NCBI GenBank assembly: GCA_965238005.1
Contig: OZ250165.1
Location: 2,400,001 to 2,464,000, forward strand
Length of the DNA stretch: 64,000 bases
Source of the DNA: Longimicrobiales bacterium
GTDB taxonomy: Bacteria > Gemmatimonadota > Gemmatimonadetes > Longimicrobiales > Gaopeijiaceae
Direction of reading: 5' to 3'
Part shown: positions 60,390 to 64,000 of the stretch, in pieces
Layout: every line of letters begins with the position of its first letter
How positions within the stretch are numbered: position 1 is the stretch's first letter
The notes under the pieces: generated by a model
What the model saw: the letters and a program-made list of their open reading frames with translations, nothing else
The model's database searches: none
What the model was told of the DNA's origin: nothing
Made by a program: the position numbers and the translations under genes

Positions 60390-62459
60390 CTAATTATTCA
60401 TGGTCCAGCGAACCCCGTACAGTGTGCGAAAGCGGGGCTGCTGGCGACCGGGAAAGTCGAAGTTGTCGTCCTTCCCCGCGACGTTCTCCCAGCGAATGAA
60501 GATGTTCAAATTGACGATCCGCACCTGGATCAGCGTGAACCAGTCCTGGTAGAAAGGCACCCGTAGCAGAGGCGGTCCGGCCGGCTCGCCGTCGGGATCC
60601 GGCTCCGGGTCTCCCCCAGAGTCTACGGGATCGGCTACCGGCGGATCGGGATCGATGATGGGCAGAAGCATGGGATCGCGACCGGCCACTCCAATCGTCC
60701 CCCAGACCTCCAGGTTCCTCGACTCCTTGAAGACCCCGTGGTAGGTGATGGCTCCGTCCCAGGTGCGCTTGGGGAGGTAGGCCTGCTCTTCGTCCCACGA
60801 CTGGAAGGCCGCTTCCACCCTGAACCCCGACATGGGGAGGGGCAGGCTGACGGATACCTCGTAGCCGGTGCGCTTTCCGCCCTGCAACGCCACCGCGTCC
60901 CGATCCAGGAGAAGCCCCAGGGGGCGTAGTGAGTCCGCTTCCACCGAGAGCCACGCTCCCGACAAAGCCAGACTCCTCCAGGTGAAGGTGGCTCCAGCAC
61001 GTATTCCGGTCCGTTCCGTGAAGCGCGCCACGGGCCTCTCCAGGGGCTGGATGCTGTCCTGTGGCTCCGGTTCGGGATCCGGGGGTGGGGCCTCGGGATC
61101 CTCCGGATCCTGTGGCTCCGGCTCGAGGGATCGAAGGTACTCCTCGAACTCCGGAACGAAGGGTGCACCGCTTTTGCCGTCCTCGTAGGAGGCGAAGAGG
61201 GACAGTCCCAGCAGCGGTGCCGTGACGGCACGGGCTCTCCAGGAAGAAGCGCTCTCATCGGACCAGCGCTCCAGCCGCAGTGATCCGTCGACCGAGAGCG
61301 ACTGTGGCTGGGACCCGCCCACCGCCAGCTCATAGGTGCTGGTCGGCAAGCCCTCGCCGGAAAGAAACCGGGCGGCGGCATTCCCCCAGGCTCGTCCCCT
61401 CTCGTAGCCGGCCCGAAGCCCGAGCTGGGAGCGCCTGGCGTCGATGCCGCCGTACACGGGGTCGTCCACGTCGCCCGTCAGGGACGAGGCACCCCAGTAG
61501 GCTTCACCGATCAAGTCGTTCGTGAAGCGCCACCTTCCCCTCAGGTTCCAGTCGTTCCGGGTGAGGTTGCTGGGAAAGTCCTCCACGTCGGTCTTCGTGG
61601 CGAAGCGTCGGAGCTCCGCCGAGAGTCCGCCCCGATTGCTTCGGGCCACGGCGTACCTGAGCCCGATTCCGCTGAGGGAGCCGGCGGCGTCGAGACCCGG
61701 CCCCCGAGTCTCCACCCGATCCAGCGTGAACGTGAGGGCGCCGCCCAGCGAGTTGGGGTGGGCCAAGACGCCGCGGAGGACGTTCGTGCTCAGATCGCCC
61801 GTTCCCACGTCCACCATGCTCACGGGCTCCGGCTCGGTGGGCTCCCGGGTTCGGATCTCGATGCGTAGCTCTCCGGGATGCCGCTCCACCCGCACCTCGT
61901 CGAGTCCTGCCAGGCCGATGCGCGACAGATCCGCCGCCCCCCCATCCAGGGGGACCCACTCGAAGCCGTCCCAAAGGACCCGGACGCGCCCTCCCGCGGC
62001 GCCGAATGCCATGGCGGCCAGGGGCGTCCCGTAGTCTCCCCCCTTCAGGGCGATCACTCCCGGAACTTGACTGACCAGCTCGGCGAGCGTGAGCGCCCGA
62101 TTGGACGCCAGTGCGGATCGATCCCAGCTCCACACCGCCACTTCCCAGGAGGGCGCTACGCCGGACCGGAACTGCGGAAACGTATCCACGGCGCTGGACA
62201 GGGAGTCGACCACGGCCGCCAGCGAGTCCAGAACCTGCTGGAGCGAATCCGACACCACCGGCAGACTGTCCGGTACCTGCAGACTGTCCGGTGCCTGCAG
62301 CGTGTCCGGCACCTGGGCGCTCGCGATCCCGGGCATCAGGACGCCCGCGAGGGCGAGCCCCGTGGCGAAGCACCCAACGCGCAACGCCCCGGCCGTGCGG
62401 GCCCGGGGCGCGTAAGAGCGGCGGAAGGCCAGTCTCACGCGGCCCGGCTTCGAACCCAC
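60390..62459 (-). CDS. Putative outer-membrane receptor (TonB plug-like N-domain plus beta-barrel)
   Basis: Signal peptide, L.EL..QVPGV, V..DG plug-like motifs, YGVRW near the C-terminus; start uncertain. Confidence 0.7.
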   Translation of the reverse strand: MGSKPGRVRLAFRRSYAPRARTAGALRVGCFATGLALAGVLMPGIASAQVPDTLQAPDSLQVPDSLPVVSDSLQQVLDSLAAVVDSLSSAVDTFPQFRSGVAPSWEVAVWSWDRSALASNRALTLAELVSQVPGVIALKGGDYGTPLAAMAFGAAGGRVRVLWDGFEWVPLDGGAADLSRIGLAGLDEVRVERHPGELRIEIRTREPTEPEPVSMVDVGTGDLSTNVLRGVLAHPNSLGGALTFTLDRVETRGPGLDAAGSLSGIGLRYAVARSNRGGLSAELRRFATKTDVEDFPSNLTRNDWNLRGRWRFTNDLIGEAYWGASSLTGDVDDPVYGGIDARRSQLGLRAGYERGRAWGNAAARFLSGEGLPTSTYELAVGGSQPQSLSVDGSLRLERWSDESASSWRARAVTAPLLGLSLFASYEDGKSGAPFVPEFEEYLRSLEPEPQDPEDPEAPPPDPEPEPQDSIQPLERPVARFTERTGIRAGATFTWRSLALSGAWLSVEADSLRPLGLLLDRDAVALQGGKRTGYEVSVSLPLPMSGFRVEAAFQSWDEEQAYLPKRTWDGAITYHGVFKESRNLEVWGTIGVAGRDPMLLPIIDPDPPVADPVDSGGDPEPDPDGEPAGPPLLRVPFYQDWFTLIQVRIVNLNIFIRWENVAGKDDNFDFPGRQQPRFRTLYGVRWTMNN

Positions 62460-63925
62460 TGAACCAGGAGCCTCGTGGGGAATCCGGCGGCGCCTTTGCG
62501 CTGATACGGGAGCTTCCCTTCGCCGTATGCGGTGCCCGCGATGTCCAGATGGGCCCAGCTAAAGTCGCCCACGAACTCCCTGAGGAAGCAAGCCGCCGTG
62601 ATGCTGCCGCCAGGACGCCCGCCGACGTTCACGATGTCGGCCACCTTGCTGTCGATCTGCCGACGATAGTCGTCCCACAGGGGGAGCGGCCAGCAGCGCT
62701 CTCCCGCCAGATCGCCGGCATCCCTGAGCTCGTCCACGAGATCACTGTCCGTGCCCAGGACGGCGGCAGCGTGATGCCCCAGAGCGATGACGACGGAGCC
62801 TGTCAGCGTCGCACAATCGACGATGGCGGCGGGCCCCAGGCTCTGGGCGTACGAGAGGGCGTCGGCCAGGATCAGACGACCCTCGGCGTCGGTGTTTACG
62901 ACTTCGATGGTCTTCCCCTCCCGTGATCCGATGATGTCTCCAGGCTTGAGGGCACTCCCGTTGAGGAGGTTCTCGGAAGACGGCACGATCCCTACCACGT
63001 TCAGTGAGACCTTCAGCTCGGCCACGGCCTGCATGGCGCCGATGACCGCCGCCCCACCAGACATGTCGAAGATCATGTCCTCCATGCCCTTCGCCGGCTT
63101 GATGGAGATTCCCCCGGCATCGAAGGTCAGGCCCTTTCCCACCAGGACCAGGGGTGGATCCCCCTCTCCTCCTCCGTCATGGCGGAGGACGATGAGCCTG
63201 GGCTCCTGGTCCGAGCCCTTCGCCACCGCGAGGAGAGCGTGCATGTTCTCGGCCCGGAGCTCGTCGGGCCCCATCACGGTGATGTCGAGACCCCGCTCTC
63301 CGGCCATTCTCGACGCCTCGTCGCCGAGGTGGGTCGGCGTCGCGACGTTGCCGGGTCGCGACTGGAGCGTCCGCGCGAAGTTGGCCGCCCGGCCGATGAT
63401 GTGGCCGACCTCGGCGCCCCGCCCCGCCTCTTCGAGGTCCGATGAATCGGTCATGACCGTGAAGTCGGACACCTCAGGCGGATCATCGCCGTCGGAGGCA
63501 CTCTTCATCTCCGTGAAGCGCCAGGCCGCCAACACCGCACCCTCGGCCGCCGCCTGCCCGGCATGCTCGGCTCCGGTCTGCTCCATGCCACCCAAGTACA
63601 CGCCGACTCTCACGACGCCGCTGGACTCGGCCGCCCTCACGGTGTGCCCGGCCCAGCGCCGGACCGCCTCGGAATCCAGCTCCGAGGCCTTCCCCGCCCC
63701 GAGCAGGAGGAGTCGACGTGGCCCGCCGTCTCCACTCAGATATGCGACGACGAACTCGCCCAGCTTCCCCTTGAGATCCTCGGACAAGTAGGAGCCCGAA
63801 GCCACGTCCGCTAGATCCGCCGGAAGCGCCGGGTCTGCACCCTCTTCGGTCTCGAAGACCGGAACGGCCAGGAGTGGTATGTCGAAGCCGGCTGCACCGG
63901 CCGAGGAGACGTGATGAACGTTCAT
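62435..63925 (-). CDS. pepA: Leucyl aminopeptidase (M17)
   Basis: GKGLTFDAGG..IK, DM.G, NTDAEGRL, HLDIAG. Confidence 0.95.
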   Translation of the reverse strand: MNVHHVSSAGAAGFDIPLLAVPVFETEEGADPALPADLADVASGSYLSEDLKGKLGEFVVAYLSGDGGPRRLLLLGAGKASELDSEAVRRWAGHTVRAAESSGVVRVGVYLGGMEQTGAEHAGQAAAEGAVLAAWRFTEMKSASDGDDPPEVSDFTVMTDSSDLEEAGRGAEVGHIIGRAANFARTLQSRPGNVATPTHLGDEASRMAGERGLDITVMGPDELRAENMHALLAVAKGSDQEPRLIVLRHDGGGEGDPPLVLVGKGLTFDAGGISIKPAKGMEDMIFDMSGGAAVIGAMQAVAELKVSLNVVGIVPSSENLLNGSALKPGDIIGSREGKTIEVVNTDAEGRLILADALSYAQSLGPAAIVDCATLTGSVVIALGHHAAAVLGTDSDLVDELRDAGDLAGERCWPLPLWDDYRRQIDSKVADIVNVGGRPGGSITAACFLREFVGDFSWAHLDIAGTAYGEGKLPYQRKGAAGFPTRLLVQWVRSRAA

Positions 63926-63938
63926 GTCGTCTTTCGCT

Positions 63939-64000
63939 CTACATGCGCTCGATGACCGCCTGGCCGAACTCGGAGGTCTTCACCGTGGTGGCCCCCTCCA
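63939..64000 (-). CDS. icd: NADP isocitrate dehydrogenase, C-terminal end (runs off window)
   Basis: EGATTVKTSEFGQAVIERM*. Confidence 0.7.
   Translation of the reverse strand, partial: EGATTVKTSEFGQAVIERM

Overview
High-GC bacterial chromosomal segment; gene content and order suggest Gemmatimonadota (inference). The right half is mostly minus-strand housekeeping: icd 3' end, pepA, an OM protein, yicC-gmk-rpoZ-coaBC-udg-dnaB-ispD-tsaC-LMW phosphatase-aroE-comF, gap-pgk-tpiA-secG, a decayed 2-oxoacid dehydrogenase locus (truncated E1beta, intact E2, lipB), rnhA, carA, HU, ECF sigma/anti-sigma, moaDEA-mdh-sdhCAB and a TetR-controlled RND efflux operon. The left half holds murB, rmlC, several exported peptidases/hydrolases, MATE and SulP transporters, a GGDEF protein and UdgB. 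Best signals not explained by the ORF track: (1) a candidate ~350-nt free-standing structured ncRNA with its own promoter and intrinsic terminator between rnhA and lipB; (2) an AhpD-like gene split by an in-frame TGA in a CxxU motif followed by a SECIS-like hairpin; (3) two related families of IS630-like MITEs (5 copies) sharing a covarying cGAAg hairpin and lying beside gene decay; (4) IS200/IS605 tnpA/tnpB remnants and a GWxTD-like pseudogene; (5) probable leaderless autoregulated TetR and ECF genes. No tRNA, rRNA or CRISPR array was recognised. All calls are by eye, with no database searches.
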